DNA of 53,249 nucleotides from Acholeplasmataceae bacterium UBA6181 (GCA_002422135.1 DITP01000092.1:1-53249), one strand, 5' to 3'; numbered from the stretch's first letter, positions 35,941 to 49,500 are shown. Numbers and translations: made by a program. The notes: generated by a model not told the origin, from the sequence alone.

Positions 35941-36813
35941 TTACTCCTCCATTTTTTTTGGTTCAACAGATAAATGTTTTGATGCTATAAATCCAACCGC
36001 ACACAGAATAATACCAACAACCCAAAAATACCAATCAGTTTGAAAAACATAGTCGTTCGTATTTTGTTCTAAAGTAAATAAAATATTAAATGGTGATACA
36101 ATCACGATACCTAATACCGCCATATAAAAATGCTTTTGATATTTTTGTAAAAGGACAAACATTACTTTTCCCATAATGATTAATCCAATGATAACACCCA
36201 ATACGAGAAGTAAAAATAATGGTATTTTATTCAAAAGCAATGAGAAATCTAAAAGTGCGATTCCCCTTAATAGATCACTAATAAGATCAAGTAATTTTTG
36301 ATAGAATCCTAAAGCCATCAGCATTGTAGCTCCAGATAAACCGGGAATAATTAATGCAACCGCTGTAATCATGCCAATTATAAATACAATCAAATATTCT
36401 TGATTTCCAGCAGCAGTATTTTCCTGAATAAAAGCCATCAATAACATGATCATCATTGAAATTACTATAACAAGAAAGTGATGCCATTTCGTTTTTGTAA
36501 CTTTAATTCTTTGAATGATACTCGGAATAGCTCCTAGGATAAAGCCAATAAATAATAATGTTATGGGTAATGGTGCGATATCTAAAAATAATTTAATCAC
36601 AAAAAACCCAAGAAATAATCCTATTATAATTCCAACAATATAATGCCAAACGGATTTAATAGCTTTAAATGGATGTTTAGTGAAATCATTTAAAGCATTG
36701 ACAAGAGATTGATAAATATTAAAAATGGCAGCAATCATCGATCCACTGACTCCAGGGAGAATACTCCCCATACCAACCAAACTACCTTTAATTATTTTAG
36801 TAAGGTGATTCAT
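35941..36813 (-). CDS. DUF368 family membrane protein (PopT-type candidate polyprenyl-phosphate translocase)
   Basis: Internal duplication with LPGVSGSMIAAIFNIY and IPGLSGATMLMALGFY. About 8-10 TM. The stop is 3 nt before the galU start. Confidence 0.8.
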   Translation of the reverse strand: MNHLTKIIKGSLVGMGSILPGVSGSMIAAIFNIYQSLVNALNDFTKHPFKAIKSVWHYIVGIIIGLFLGFFVIKLFLDIAPLPITLLFIGFILGAIPSIIQRIKVTKTKWHHFLVIVISMMIMLLMAFIQENTAAGNQEYLIVFIIGMITAVALIIPGLSGATMLMALGFYQKLLDLISDLLRGIALLDFSLLLNKIPLFLLLVLGVIIGLIIMGKVMFVLLQKYQKHFYMAVLGIVIVSPFNILFTLEQNTNDYVFQTDWYFWVVGIILCAVGFIASKHLSVEPKKMEE

Positions 36814-36912
36814 GATATCTCCTTAATGGTGCTGATTTATACTTAAGATTGACTCTATTTTAGCATATTTCAAATTGATTTTCTATGCTATAATATAGAA
36901 GGTGATGAAACG

Positions 36913-37722
36913 ATGGAAAACTTTGTAGAAATCTTAAAATATGTCTTTCTTGGAATTGTTCAAGGAATCACTGAAATACTTCCAATATCCTCAAGTGGGC
37001 ACTTGACTTTGTTTAGTCGATTATTTCAAATTGATTTAACGAATTTAACGGTCTTTTTGATGATTACCAATATGGGGTCTTTTTTAGCTTTACTCTTTTT
37101 CTTTAAGAAAGATGTCGGGCAACTCATTAGTGGTACATGGAAATTCATTATAAAAAAAGATGAAGCTAGAAAAGAAGATTTTCAATATGTGCTAAAACTA
37201 TTAATTGCCGTTATACCAATTGGAATTTTTGGGTTTTTCTTCAAAGATTACATGCCTAATGATTTACTTTCAGTTGGCTTTTCGTTAATCATCACTGGTT
37301 TATTATTATTATTTGTCTATCATTCAAAAGATATTCAATGGAAAAAGGATATCTCCTATAAAAATGCTCTGATTATTGGTGCATTCCAGATGTTTGCAGT
37401 TCTTCCTGGCATCTCAAGAAGCGGTATCACAATGACCGGTGGTCTTGTACAAAAATTAGAACTTAAAAAGGTATTAAGATTTTCTTTCTTAAGTTACCTT
37501 GTCGTATCGGTTCCCGTCTCAATTCTTGGCATATATGATGCAGTTCATGTTACTGAATCCATCGATGTTTTAGGATATATTTTAGCATTTGTTATGAGCT
37601 TTATCTTTAGTTTATTATCAGTAATGTGGATTTTTAAATTTATTAAAGTTAAAAATTTAGTCTATTTCGGAGTTTACTGTTTACTCATCGGGTTAACATC
37701 GATTATCATTTATTTTATTTGA
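36913..37722 (+). CDS. uppP: Undecaprenyl-diphosphate phosphatase UppP/BacA
   Basis: QGITEILPISSSGHL and PGISRSG.T motifs; 269 aa polytopic. Confidence 0.92.
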   Translation: MENFVEILKYVFLGIVQGITEILPISSSGHLTLFSRLFQIDLTNLTVFLMITNMGSFLALLFFFKKDVGQLISGTWKFIIKKDEARKEDFQYVLKLLIAVIPIGIFGFFFKDYMPNDLLSVGFSLIITGLLLLFVYHSKDIQWKKDISYKNALIIGAFQMFAVLPGISRSGITMTGGLVQKLELKKVLRFSFLSYLVVSVPVSILGIYDAVHVTESIDVLGYILAFVMSFIFSLLSVMWIFKFIKVKNLVYFGVYCLLIGLTSIIIYFI

Positions 37723-38357
37723 GCCAACGGCTCTTTTTTTTCGTAAAAAACAAAGAAGATTAACCAGTGTAAAGTAAATAAGATAAAAATAAAGGCAATA
37801 AAAAATTTAAAATGATTAAAAATATCAGGAAATATACGATTTAGTTTATAGAATTCCCAGGAGTTTAATCTCATAAATCTTCCAATATAAATTGCCGAAC
37901 TAGAAAGTATAAAAAGTATATTTATTCCTATTACCTTTATAAAAATTTTCACCTCTTTCATCTGTGATAATAAGATTTGAAGTGATTTTATCGCAATTTT
38001 ACTGCTAAATAAAGCCCCAATAACGAGGTGTGCAAATACCAACCAATCTTCAATTAGATATGCGTAAATATTTGGATAATCATAAAAAAATGAGTAATTT
38101 TGAAAATGAATAAAATCAGTCATAATATAGACAGCATTTGGAAAAAATATAATAAATAAAAAAGCAATTCCTATCTTGAGGAACTTGCTTTTTTGATTTG
38201 CATAGATTTGAGATAAAACCAGTGGAACTGTTGCTAAAATCATATTCCATCCTAAAAAAATGACTAATCCATTATTCAAAATCATCCCAAGAATGATTGA
38301 AATAATAACATACGTAACTGCTGCTAAATATAGTGATTTATTTTTAAGGTCATTCAT
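37710..38357 (-). CDS. DUF1361 family integral membrane protein
   Basis: WNMILATVPL and FFPNAVYIMTDFIHF resemble the DUF1361 signature (FxPNAxYIxTDxxHL). I placed the start at ATG 38357, just after the LtaS-like stop; the track start is a GTG. Confidence 0.7.
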   Translation of the reverse strand: MNDLKNKSLYLAAVTYVIISIILGMILNNGLVIFLGWNMILATVPLVLSQIYANQKSKFLKIGIAFLFIIFFPNAVYIMTDFIHFQNYSFFYDYPNIYAYLIEDWLVFAHLVIGALFSSKIAIKSLQILLSQMKEVKIFIKVIGINILFILSSSAIYIGRFMRLNSWEFYKLNRIFPDIFNHFKFFIAFIFILFTLHWLIFFVFYEKKEPLAQIK

Positions 38358-40467
38358 GCAACTTAATGGCTTTATTAACATCTTTTTGCATATCTCCCGC
38401 TGAAAGTAAATAGTCACTTAATAACTTAAATCGTTTAATATATTCATAAATTTCTGAAGTCACAATGACATTTCTTGGGTCTGTCAATTTGGAATTTCTC
38501 ATCGAGAAAAAATATTCATCCGTGACAACGTCTAATAATCGATTATCGAGAACAAATGTCGGCTCAGTACTTAAACCATGCACGCCATAATATGGGTCAT
38601 CACCAACTGGTAAATTAAATAATTCAATGATTGTTCGGTATAAATCTACTTGGCTTCTCACTAAATATTGATCCCCAGTAAGTAATCCTTTTCGAATGTT
38701 GTAGTTGTCAAATGTCACGTATTCTTCACCAGGAACATAAATGAAAGCTAACGTTTGTTGAAGAACTTTTCGAGACTCCATCATCGATAGTTCTCGATTA
38801 AACAATTGATCGATATCTCCATTTTTTAATCCAGAGCCGTGATCGCTGTAAAAGACATAAACTGTGTTATCCAATGTTTGATCTTCGCCATCTTCATTGA
38901 TAAAAAGACGTTTCATGATGTCATCATAATAATCGACATAATTTAAATATTTTAATGTGATTCTTTTCATAGAATCTTCATATTCAGGATAAATCCCAGT
39001 TCTTGGACCGTAAGGATCAAAATCATAAGGTATATGTGGCATCATCATGATTGGAAACATCATGAATGGTGTTTGACTTTCTTGATAATTGACGCCTCTT
39101 TGATAAATCTCGTCAGCGAGATGAAAATCACTAATCCATGGTGAAACATGGGTTAAATTTTGATTTTGATCAAAAGTGTAACCTTCTTTAACATTATAAC
39201 CATCTGCAATAAAATCTTCTAAGCTATAAAATTCGTCAAATCCGTATAGATTCGGATAAACAAAATCTCGATTATAAAAAGTTTCTTTGTCTCCGTGAAC
39301 AGCATCCGTGTAATAGCCAAGATTATTGTAATAATTGACTAAAGAATTTAGTTCATAATCGAGTTTATTATGCTCCCAATAAAGCGTTCGATCGCCTGAA
39401 GGATATAATCCAGTTAATATTGAAAGTTCCGCATCAGAACTAACTCCCATACCAACACTACTATAATAGTCTCTGAATACAAAACTTTGATCTAGTAAAT
39501 GATTAAAGAATGATAGTTTTTGATTTGTTTGGTCATTTTCAAAAAGAAAATAGTTCATGGATTCGATGTGTACTAAAACCAAGTTTCGACCTTCAAGAAT
39601 TCCATGAAGATTTGAGCCATTTAAAATGGTTTCATCAACAAATAGATTTGACACTACCTGATCCATGGTTAATCGATTACTATATATATTCCCATCGAAG
39701 AAATTGGTATAAACTGCTTGATTCTTATTATAAAATTGGAAAGCTTCGGCAATTTCCTGATCATTTTCAAAACTTAAAACTTCACTTGCTCTAATTTTAG
39801 GGTGAAGTCCAAAAAAATCAGAAAAATAATAAGGGTATGCTCCAAAGTTTTGAACAGCAAAAGTACTTTGAACAGAGCTAATAGGTAATGTTTTCTTAAA
39901 TTGTTCCATATAACTATAGAAAGATACAAAAAGCATAAGTAAAGCACTCAGTATATAAATCATATGTTTTATCTTACTAATCGTAAATCGTTCATGTGAA
40001 AATTTCTGTTTTTTAATCACAAGATAAAATACTAAAAGCATGAAGAAAGGTAAGAATAATAAAATACGATAATAGAGAATAAGTTCTAATGCTATTTCTA
40101 AAATAACTCCAAAAGCAAATCCATCAGCTGGATTTTTAAACATGACAATGCTATCCATGGAAAAAGAAGTACCATAGTACTTATTAAATACACTGGATGC
40201 AAAGAACATGAAGTTCAAAAAAAGTGTAGTAAATAGTAAAAATTTTAGCCGGGCTTTAGGTGTTTTAAATAATAGAAAAGCTATTGACACGACTAGTAGA
40301 AGAAACGAGAAATTACCTAAAATTGCATTTAATGTCCCTAAAAAAGTATGAGGGAAGGGTGCGATGTATCGATTGAGTTGTTGAAGTGTCAAAAAATAAG
40401 TATTTAAGATATTAAGTAAGAAGAAAGTTCCGATGTATCCTAAATAAAGTTTATGTTTTTTACTCAT
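38350..40467 (-). CDS. LTA synthase family protein (polytopic N-terminus plus extracytoplasmic sulfatase/phosphoglycerol-transferase domain)
   Basis: 705 aa. The first ~220 aa are multi-TM. The alkaline-phosphatase-superfamily domain shows LVHIESMN, SDAELSILTGLYP and YSDHG. Confidence 0.8.
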   Translation of the reverse strand: MSKKHKLYLGYIGTFFLLNILNTYFLTLQQLNRYIAPFPHTFLGTLNAILGNFSFLLLVVSIAFLLFKTPKARLKFLLFTTLFLNFMFFASSVFNKYYGTSFSMDSIVMFKNPADGFAFGVILEIALELILYYRILLFLPFFMLLVFYLVIKKQKFSHERFTISKIKHMIYILSALLMLFVSFYSYMEQFKKTLPISSVQSTFAVQNFGAYPYYFSDFFGLHPKIRASEVLSFENDQEIAEAFQFYNKNQAVYTNFFDGNIYSNRLTMDQVVSNLFVDETILNGSNLHGILEGRNLVLVHIESMNYFLFENDQTNQKLSFFNHLLDQSFVFRDYYSSVGMGVSSDAELSILTGLYPSGDRTLYWEHNKLDYELNSLVNYYNNLGYYTDAVHGDKETFYNRDFVYPNLYGFDEFYSLEDFIADGYNVKEGYTFDQNQNLTHVSPWISDFHLADEIYQRGVNYQESQTPFMMFPIMMMPHIPYDFDPYGPRTGIYPEYEDSMKRITLKYLNYVDYYDDIMKRLFINEDGEDQTLDNTVYVFYSDHGSGLKNGDIDQLFNRELSMMESRKVLQQTLAFIYVPGEEYVTFDNYNIRKGLLTGDQYLVRSQVDLYRTIIELFNLPVGDDPYYGVHGLSTEPTFVLDNRLLDVVTDEYFFSMRNSKLTDPRNVIVTSEIYEYIKRFKLLSDYLLSAGDMQKDVNKAIKLHE

Positions 40468-40535
40468 GTTGGGTTCCTCTTGTTATTTCTAAAGTTATTA
40501 TACATGAAGAACTACATTTATGCACATAATCTGAA

Positions 40536-40572
40536 TAAAAAAGGCGTCGTTTTTAGACTTAAAACACGCCTC
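40536..40572 (-). terminator. Intrinsic (bidirectional-looking) terminator after gyrA
   Basis: Stem AGGCGT(G)TTTT...AAAAC(G)ACGCCT (40571-40542) followed by T6 on the minus strand. A T-run is also present on the plus side. Confidence 0.7.
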
Positions 40573-40607
40573 TTTTAATTTATAAATTAATTTTTAGAAA
40601 AGGTAAT

Positions 40608-43211
40608 TTATTCATCGAAAAGGGAATCAGTTGTAATAATTTCTTCACCTTCATCTTCGAATTCTTCTGGCTCTAAATTTGAAACTTCCATAATCTTTCT
40701 TTCAGTATTTACATCCATGGATTCTTGAACAAATGGTGTTTGCTCATTTTCATAAATTTCCTCTTCTTCCTGTCTTGGAACTAAAGCAATTGTAGAAACT
40801 TTTTGATCAGGTCTTAAACGGATAATTCTAACACCTTGCGTGGCACGTTTTGTTTGAGAAATTTGATCCACATGAGTTCTAATAACTACACCTTTGTCTG
40901 AAACAACGATTAAATCTTCAATATCAGAAACAGACTTTAATGCAGATAGACGGCCATTCTTTTCCGTGACATTCAAGGTTTTAACACCTTTACCACCACG
41001 AATTTGGCATCGATACTCATCAACGTTAGTTCGCTTTCCAAAGCCATTTTCTGTAATTACTAAAATTTGTTGTTCGCTATTTTCAACGATTGCTGCACCA
41101 ACAAGGAAATCATTTTTTCCAATGCTCATTCCTTTAACGCCTGTAGCAGTTCTACCCATTACACGAACATCAGTTTCTTTAAATCTGATGGCTTTACCAT
41201 TTGAAGCTCCGAGGATAATATCTTTATTTCCATCGGTTGCTTTGACAGCGAGTAATTCGTCATCTTCTCTTAAATTAATAGCGATAATTCCATTTGTTCT
41301 AATATTCTGATATTCAGCTATTTTTGTTCGTTTCATAATGCCTTTTTTTGTAACAAATGTAAGAAAGTTTTCATTGTTTTCAAAATCTTGTACACTTGTA
41401 AATGACGCAAGTGTTTCATCTTTATCAAGTTGTAATAAATTGACAAGCGGTAGCCCCTTAGATTGTCTTGAACCTTCTGGAATTTGGTATCCTTTAATTT
41501 TGTAAACTCTACCTTTATTTGTGAAGAATAAATGATAATCATGAGTGGATGTCATTAAGATATGTTCTACATAATCGTCTTCATGAACTTTAATACCCGA
41601 CATGCCTACGCCACCACGATTTTGAGTCTTGTAATGATCAACCTTCATACGTTTAATATAACCATTATTCGTTACGGTTATAATGACATCTTCAACTGGA
41701 ATTAAATCTTCATTTTCGATACTTAAATCTTCATGTAAATTAATCTCTGATTGTCGATTAATTTGATACTGATTTCTCATTTGACTGAGTTCATCACGAA
41801 TGATGGATAATTTACGTTCATGACTTCCAATAATTTCTTTATAATCAATAATCTTAACTGCTAAATCTTTTTGTTCAACTTCGATTTTTTCAATTTCAAG
41901 TCCCGTTAAACGTTGCAAACGCATATCCAATATTGCTCTTGCTTGAATTTCAGTAAAATTGTAAGTATTAATTAAAGCCTCACGTGCTTCATCACCCGTC
42001 TTTGATTGTTTGATGATTTCAATTGCACGATCAATATCATGAAGCGCAATCAGTAATCCTTCTAAAATATGTTCGCGCGCTTCAGCTTTTTCTAAATCAT
42101 AGATTGTACGTCGTTGAATAACCTCGATTTGATGTTCAATATAATATTTAAGCATGTCTTTGAGTGTTACCATCATAGGTTGTCCTTTGACAAGTGCAAT
42201 CATGTTAATGCCAAATGAAGTCTGTAGTTGTGTAAACTTGTAGAGATTGTTAAGCATGACATGTGGATTAACGTCTCTTCTAAGTTCAATAACAATACGC
42301 ATGCCTTTGCGGTTAGACTCATCTCTTAAATCCGTAATACCATCGACGATTTTTTCTTTTGCTATTTCAGCAATTTTTTCAATTAATGATGTCTTATTTA
42401 CTTGATAAGGGATTGCAGTCACAATAATGCTATTTCGATTTTTGTGGGCAACAATTTCAGCTGTAGCCCTCATCGCGATAATTCCTTTACCAGTTTCATA
42501 GGCTTGTCTTAGTCCAGTAAGACCTAAAACTTGACCTCCAGTTGGAAAATCAGGCCCTTTGATATATTGCATCAACTCAGTCGATGTAATTTCTTCATTG
42601 TCCATATAAGCTAAAATACCATCAATGACTTCGCTTAAATTATGGGGAGGGATATTCGTCGCCATACCAACGGCTATACCTGTTGATCCATTCACAAGTA
42701 AATTAGGATATCTCGCAGGTAAAACTGATGGTTCATGTTCAGATCCGTCATAGTTGTCAATAAAATCTACAGTATTTTTTTCTAAATCTCTCACTAATTC
42801 GCCCGCAATTTTTGACATTCTGGCTTCAGTATATCGCATCGCTGCGGCACCATCACCATCAACAGAACCAAAGTTACCATGGCCATCAATTAAAGGCATA
42901 TTGTAACTAAATGGTTGTGCCATACGTACCATGGCGTCATAGACTGATGAATCACCATGTGGATGGTATTTACCGATAACTTCACCGACAATACGTGCTG
43001 ATTTTTTATGTGCTGAGCTTGCAGACATACCTAAATCATTCATCGCATATAAAATACGACGTTGAACAGGTTTAAGTCCGTCTCGAATATCTGGCAATGC
43101 TCTTGAAACAATGACAGACATCGCATAATTCAAAAAGGAGGTCTTCATTTCAGAAGATATATTTATCTCTTTGACGTAACCTTCTGTGGTTTTTGATGTT
43201 TCTTCGTTCAT
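40608..43211 (-). CDS. gyrA: DNA gyrase subunit A
   Basis: [26 protein letters not shown] (active-site Tyr), GyrA-box region, acidic tail. Confidence 0.97.
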   Translation of the reverse strand: MNEETSKTTEGYVKEINISSEMKTSFLNYAMSVIVSRALPDIRDGLKPVQRRILYAMNDLGMSASSAHKKSARIVGEVIGKYHPHGDSSVYDAMVRMAQPFSYNMPLIDGHGNFGSVDGDGAAAMRYTEARMSKIAGELVRDLEKNTVDFIDNYDGSEHEPSVLPARYPNLLVNGSTGIAVGMATNIPPHNLSEVIDGILAYMDNEEITSTELMQYIKGPDFPTGGQVLGLTGLRQAYETGKGIIAMRATAEIVAHKNRNSIIVTAIPYQVNKTSLIEKIAEIAKEKIVDGITDLRDESNRKGMRIVIELRRDVNPHVMLNNLYKFTQLQTSFGINMIALVKGQPMMVTLKDMLKYYIEHQIEVIQRRTIYDLEKAEAREHILEGLLIALHDIDRAIEIIKQSKTGDEAREALINTYNFTEIQARAILDMRLQRLTGLEIEKIEVEQKDLAVKIIDYKEIIGSHERKLSIIRDELSQMRNQYQINRQSEINLHEDLSIENEDLIPVEDVIITVTNNGYIKRMKVDHYKTQNRGGVGMSGIKVHEDDYVEHILMTSTHDYHLFFTNKGRVYKIKGYQIPEGSRQSKGLPLVNLLQLDKDETLASFTSVQDFENNENFLTFVTKKGIMKRTKIAEYQNIRTNGIIAINLREDDELLAVKATDGNKDIILGASNGKAIRFKETDVRVMGRTATGVKGMSIGKNDFLVGAAIVENSEQQILVITENGFGKRTNVDEYRCQIRGGKGVKTLNVTEKNGRLSALKSVSDIEDLIVVSDKGVVIRTHVDQISQTKRATQGVRIIRLRPDQKVSTIALVPRQEEEEIYENEQTPFVQESMDVNTERKIMEVSNLEPEEFEDEGEEIITTDSLFDE

Positions 43212-43225
43212 GTTTTTCCCCTTTC

Positions 43226-46143
<2,918 letters not shown>

Positions 46144-46154
<11 letters not shown>

Positions 46155-46359
46155 AAGTAATGACATAGGCATCTTGATCAACCATAACCACATCTTTATC
46201 ACGAATTTTTCTACCTCGCTCTTGTGTGTGAATACCATTAACTAAACACTTATGATTAAATAAAAAAAACTTGGCTTCTCCACCAGAACCAATCTTGTTG
46301 GTAGCTTTTAAAAATTGTCCTAGAGTAATAAAATCTGATTTCAAAATGAATTTTTTCAC
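46144..46359 (-). CDS. yaaA: S4-domain RNA-binding protein YaaA
   Basis: ITLGQFLK......GGEAK.FL....V.VNG..E.RRGRK-like sequence. Lies between dnaN and recF as in Bacillus. The start is probably GTG 46359 (SD GAAGGA about 10 nt upstream); GTG 46368 is also possible. Confidence 0.75.
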
Positions 46360-46462
46360 AAGATACACCGTTCCTTCATTTATATTATATCATAATATAA
46401 GTAAAAATGCACTCATTTAAGCACACTTTTTTGAGGTCGCAACCTTGTATCATCTAACTTAT

Positions 46463-46495
46463 AAAAAAAGCCTTAAAATTGAAATTAAGGCTTTT
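46463..46495 (-). terminator. Intrinsic terminator after dnaN
   Basis: Minus strand: AAAAGCCTTAA-8 nt-TTAAGGCTTTT followed by TTTAT. Confidence 0.7.
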
Positions 46496-46500
46496 CAGGT

Positions 46501-47631
46501 TTAGTCAATTCGAACAGGTAATATCAAATGTAGGAGATCTTGATCGAGGTTTCCTTTAATGACGAAGGGTTTAACTTCGCCAGCAAAATTAATGGTAACT
46601 TCACTTGAGCTAAATGATTTTAATGCTTCAACTAAGTATCTTGAACTGAATGCAATTTTAATCACTGAACCTGTTACATCAGATGCTGGAATCACTTCTT
46701 CAAGAGCATCACCTATTTCATTATTTGTAGAACTGATTTCAACAATTGAATCAGGTCTTAAACTCATTTTAATGATATTATAATTTGTTTCGCGATCTCT
46801 TGGTGATAATAAAGAAACACGTTCAACTGCTTGTAATAATTCTTCTTTGTTAAAATAAATAATGACAGGGAACTCTGTTGGAATAATTCTCATCGTATCT
46901 GGATAAGTTCCTTCAAGAAGTCTTGTTTGAAATAAAATTTTATTCATTTTAAATAAAACTTTATTAGGATTTATATATAATTCCACATCGTTATTGTATG
47001 TATCTAATATTTTTGATAATTCATCCAAACTTCGATTAGGAATTACAATATCAAAAGTTTTACTATGGGTTCTAAGTTTTACGTTTTTTTGGCTTAAACG
47101 ATAACTATCAGTTGCTACACAATAAAGATGATTATCTAAATATTTGAAGTTTACACCTGTTAATATTGGTCGTTTTTCGTTTGTAGCTGTTGAATAATTT
47201 GTTTCCTTAATGATTGTTTTTATTAATTGACTATCTAAAGCGATTGGGTCATCTAAATCTAAGAAATCAATATCTGGATAATCCTCGATATCCATCAATC
47301 TTAATTTAAACTCAGAGCGATCCGCTTTAATTACAATTAATTTATCTTCAATTAATGCAAATTCAACGCGCTGTGAAGAAATTTTTCGCATAATTTCAAT
47401 TAAATATCGCCCTGGTATCGCAACTTTTCCTGTTTTTTTAATTGCTAAAGAAGAATCGTCAATTAAAACTTGAATTGCAACATCGGTATTAGATGATGTT
47501 AATAAAAGATGATCTTCATAAACTTCAAATTTAATTGCATATAAAATAGGAAGTGGTGTTTTATTAGGCAATCCTTTTTGGATGATTAAAAGTTGGTTTA
47601 GTAAAACGTCTCGATCGATAGTAAAAATCAT
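46501..47631 (-). CDS. dnaN: DNA polymerase III beta sliding clamp
   Basis: 376 aa with three-domain clamp architecture (..RD.LL..L......NKTP.PIL..I...). SD AAGGAG. Position after dnaA. Confidence 0.95.
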   Translation of the reverse strand: MIFTIDRDVLLNQLLIIQKGLPNKTPLPILYAIKFEVYEDHLLLTSSNTDVAIQVLIDDSSLAIKKTGKVAIPGRYLIEIMRKISSQRVEFALIEDKLIVIKADRSEFKLRLMDIEDYPDIDFLDLDDPIALDSQLIKTIIKETNYSTATNEKRPILTGVNFKYLDNHLYCVATDSYRLSQKNVKLRTHSKTFDIVIPNRSLDELSKILDTYNNDVELYINPNKVLFKMNKILFQTRLLEGTYPDTMRIIPTEFPVIIYFNKEELLQAVERVSLLSPRDRETNYNIIKMSLRPDSIVEISSTNNEIGDALEEVIPASDVTGSVIKIAFSSRYLVEALKSFSSSEVTINFAGEVKPFVIKGNLDQDLLHLILPVRID

Positions 47632-47684
47632 AACGACGGCTCCTTTATTTTCTTATAGATTAGTCTTTAAATTATTGTTACAAA

Positions 47685-47701
47685 TGTGGATTTGTGGAAA
47701 A
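47685..47701 (-). other. oriC part 2 (dnaA-dnaN spacer): two abutting DnaA boxes next to an AT-rich stretch
   Basis: Minus strand: TTTTCCACA (47701-47693) and AAATCCACA (47693-47685), against the consensus TTATCCACA. Confidence 0.6.
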
Positions 47702-47760
47702 AACCTAGAATGGCTTTATACCGTAATTATTATACCATATTTCCAACAATTTATAAACAC

Positions 47761-49125
47761 TTAATTTTTACTTAAAAAATCAATTTTTTTAAGAATTGTA
47801 TCAATTGCTAATTTCAATGATGGATCTTGTTTTATATCGTTATCAATCTTTTCACAAGCAGCTAATACTGTTGAATGATCTCGATCACCAAATAAACCAC
47901 CAATTGTTTTATAAGGAATATTATATCTAGATTTTATTAAATACATTGCGATGTGACGAGGGATCACATATTTTGAATGTCTTTTTTTACCGATTAAATC
48001 TTCTAAAGATATTCCATAAAAATCACTAACAACACTTTGAATTTTATCGTAATTATTTTCATTTAATGAATCACTTTTCCTCTTGGTACGAAGGAGTGGT
48101 TCAAGGGCTTCAGCAGTGGATTCTATATTTAAATCAAGGTTATTAGTTAAACAATAAAATAATACACGTTTTAATGCACCTTCAAGTTCTCTAATATTTG
48201 TTACAAATGAAGATGCAATAAACTCTAAAACATTATTTGGAATATCATGTATATCGGATGATTCAGTTGCTAGCTTACGCTTTAAAATTTCAATACGGTG
48301 TTCTAAGTCAGGGACCTGAATATCAACTGTTAGTCCAACTTCAAATCGAGATGTTAACCGCGTCATAATATTCTTTAAATCTGATGCAGGTTTGTCGCTT
48401 GTGATCACAATTTGTTTATTTTGTTGATATAAATAATCAAAGAGTTTAAAGAACTCCATTTGAGTTCTTGTTGCACCACCCATAATCTGGATATCATCAA
48501 CCAACAATACGTCAATATCACGATATTTATGATTAAAATCATCCATTTTTTCACGCTTCAGCAAATTAGCAAAATCTTCAATAAAACCATCAGCTTTGAC
48601 ATACAATATTTTCTTACTCACATCTTGGTCTAAGATGTAATTACCAATGGATTGCATTAAGTGTGTTTTGCCTAATCCAACATCACCAAAGATGTATAAT
48701 GGATTTGCAACTGCACCTGGTTGATCGGCAACTTTCATCGCCATTCTAAAAGCAAACATGTTACTTTTACCGACAACAAAATTATCAAATGTGTATGTTG
48801 CATTTAAATTGCCAGGACGATACTTTAAGTTTAAATTACGTTCTGGACTAATGAGTGTTTCTTCTGGAAGTAATTCTTGTTCAGTTACGAATTTAAATCT
48901 TATAGGATCACCATAGTATTTGGCTGCAAGTTCGTTAATCTTTGTCAAGTAAAAACGATTAATTCTGTTTTTAATAAATTCACTTTGGACAAGAACATAA
49001 ATATGGCCATTTAGAAATTTGTGTGTTGATTTGATTGGCTCAAAAACATCTTGGTAGGTTTCTTCATTGAAAGTCGATTCCAAATCACCAAGAATTCGTT
49101 GCCATAATTGGTCGTAATTATTCAT
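47761..49125 (-). CDS. dnaA: Chromosomal replication initiator DnaA
   Basis: YTFDNFVVG.SN, Walker A GDVGLGKTHL, LLVDDIQ, sensor and domain IV (HSTV). The start is ATG 49125 (SD AGAGGGG 9 nt upstream). Confidence 0.96.
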   Translation of the reverse strand: MNNYDQLWQRILGDLESTFNEETYQDVFEPIKSTHKFLNGHIYVLVQSEFIKNRINRFYLTKINELAAKYYGDPIRFKFVTEQELLPEETLISPERNLNLKYRPGNLNATYTFDNFVVGKSNMFAFRMAMKVADQPGAVANPLYIFGDVGLGKTHLMQSIGNYILDQDVSKKILYVKADGFIEDFANLLKREKMDDFNHKYRDIDVLLVDDIQIMGGATRTQMEFFKLFDYLYQQNKQIVITSDKPASDLKNIMTRLTSRFEVGLTVDIQVPDLEHRIEILKRKLATESSDIHDIPNNVLEFIASSFVTNIRELEGALKRVLFYCLTNNLDLNIESTAEALEPLLRTKRKSDSLNENNYDKIQSVVSDFYGISLEDLIGKKRHSKYVIPRHIAMYLIKSRYNIPYKTIGGLFGDRDHSTVLAACEKIDNDIKQDPSLKLAIDTILKKIDFLSKN

Positions 49126-49188
49126 ATGTTGATACCCCTCTATTCGTGATTTCATGATAACATATACAAGTGAAAAAAGATTAAAAAG

Positions 49189-49342
49189 ATATCCACATTA
49201 TTCGTGGAAAACTTTTTACAGCATATGGTGGAAATGTGGGTATATTGTGGTAAAATTCAATAAATTTACGCCTTAGTGATGCCGTTTGATGAATTTTTCC
49301 AGTTTTCCACAATTCCACAATATTGTGGCTAAGTTATCCACA
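49189..49342. other. oriC part 1 (dnaA-rpmH spacer): cluster of DnaA boxes
   Basis: Perfect TTATCCACA at 49334-49342. One-mismatch boxes: ATATCCACA (49189-49197), TTTTCCACA (49303-49311) and TTAGCCACA (reverse strand, 49324-49332). Weaker boxes lie at 49203-49211, 49235-49243, 49246-49254 and 49311-49319. AT-rich DNA follows at 49360-49434. Confidence 0.8.
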
Positions 49343-49434
49343 TTCTATACGAGGAACATGATGTGAAAAAATAATAAAAATTGTTTCAGTAATTTTTAAA
49401 GTATAAATCAAATAAAAATCATTAATATTTTAAG

Positions 49435-49463
49435 TTGACAAAAGAAACATCTTTATATATAAT
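49435..49463 (+). promoter_or_regulatory. Consensus sigma-A promoter of rpmH
   Basis: TTGACA (49435-49440), 17 nt, TATAAT (49458-49463). Confidence 0.7.
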
Positions 49464-49500
49464 TAAAAAGCATGGTTTCGCAAGAAAGGTGGTTTTATTT

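Noticed and set aside
36287-36487. 66-aa ORF on the same strand but out of frame within the DUF368 gene; also 15126-15329 and 15624-15836 within glyA
   Set aside because: They are nested alternative frames of confidently assigned genes, with no independent translation signals.
40894-41310. 138-aa ORF antisense to gyrA, plus similar antisense ORFs in gyrB, mfd, mnmG, fhs, prs and rnfG
   Set aside because: All are nested in strongly conserved genes on the other strand. They lack ribosome-binding sites and have low-complexity translations, so they are chance open frames in AT-rich DNA.
49435-49500. N-terminal extension of rpmH in the ORF track (TTG start at 49435)
   Set aside because: The TTG is the -35 hexamer (TTGACA) of a consensus promoter. 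Canonical L34 begins at (M)KRTYQPS, at GTG 49501, preceded by AAAGGTGG.
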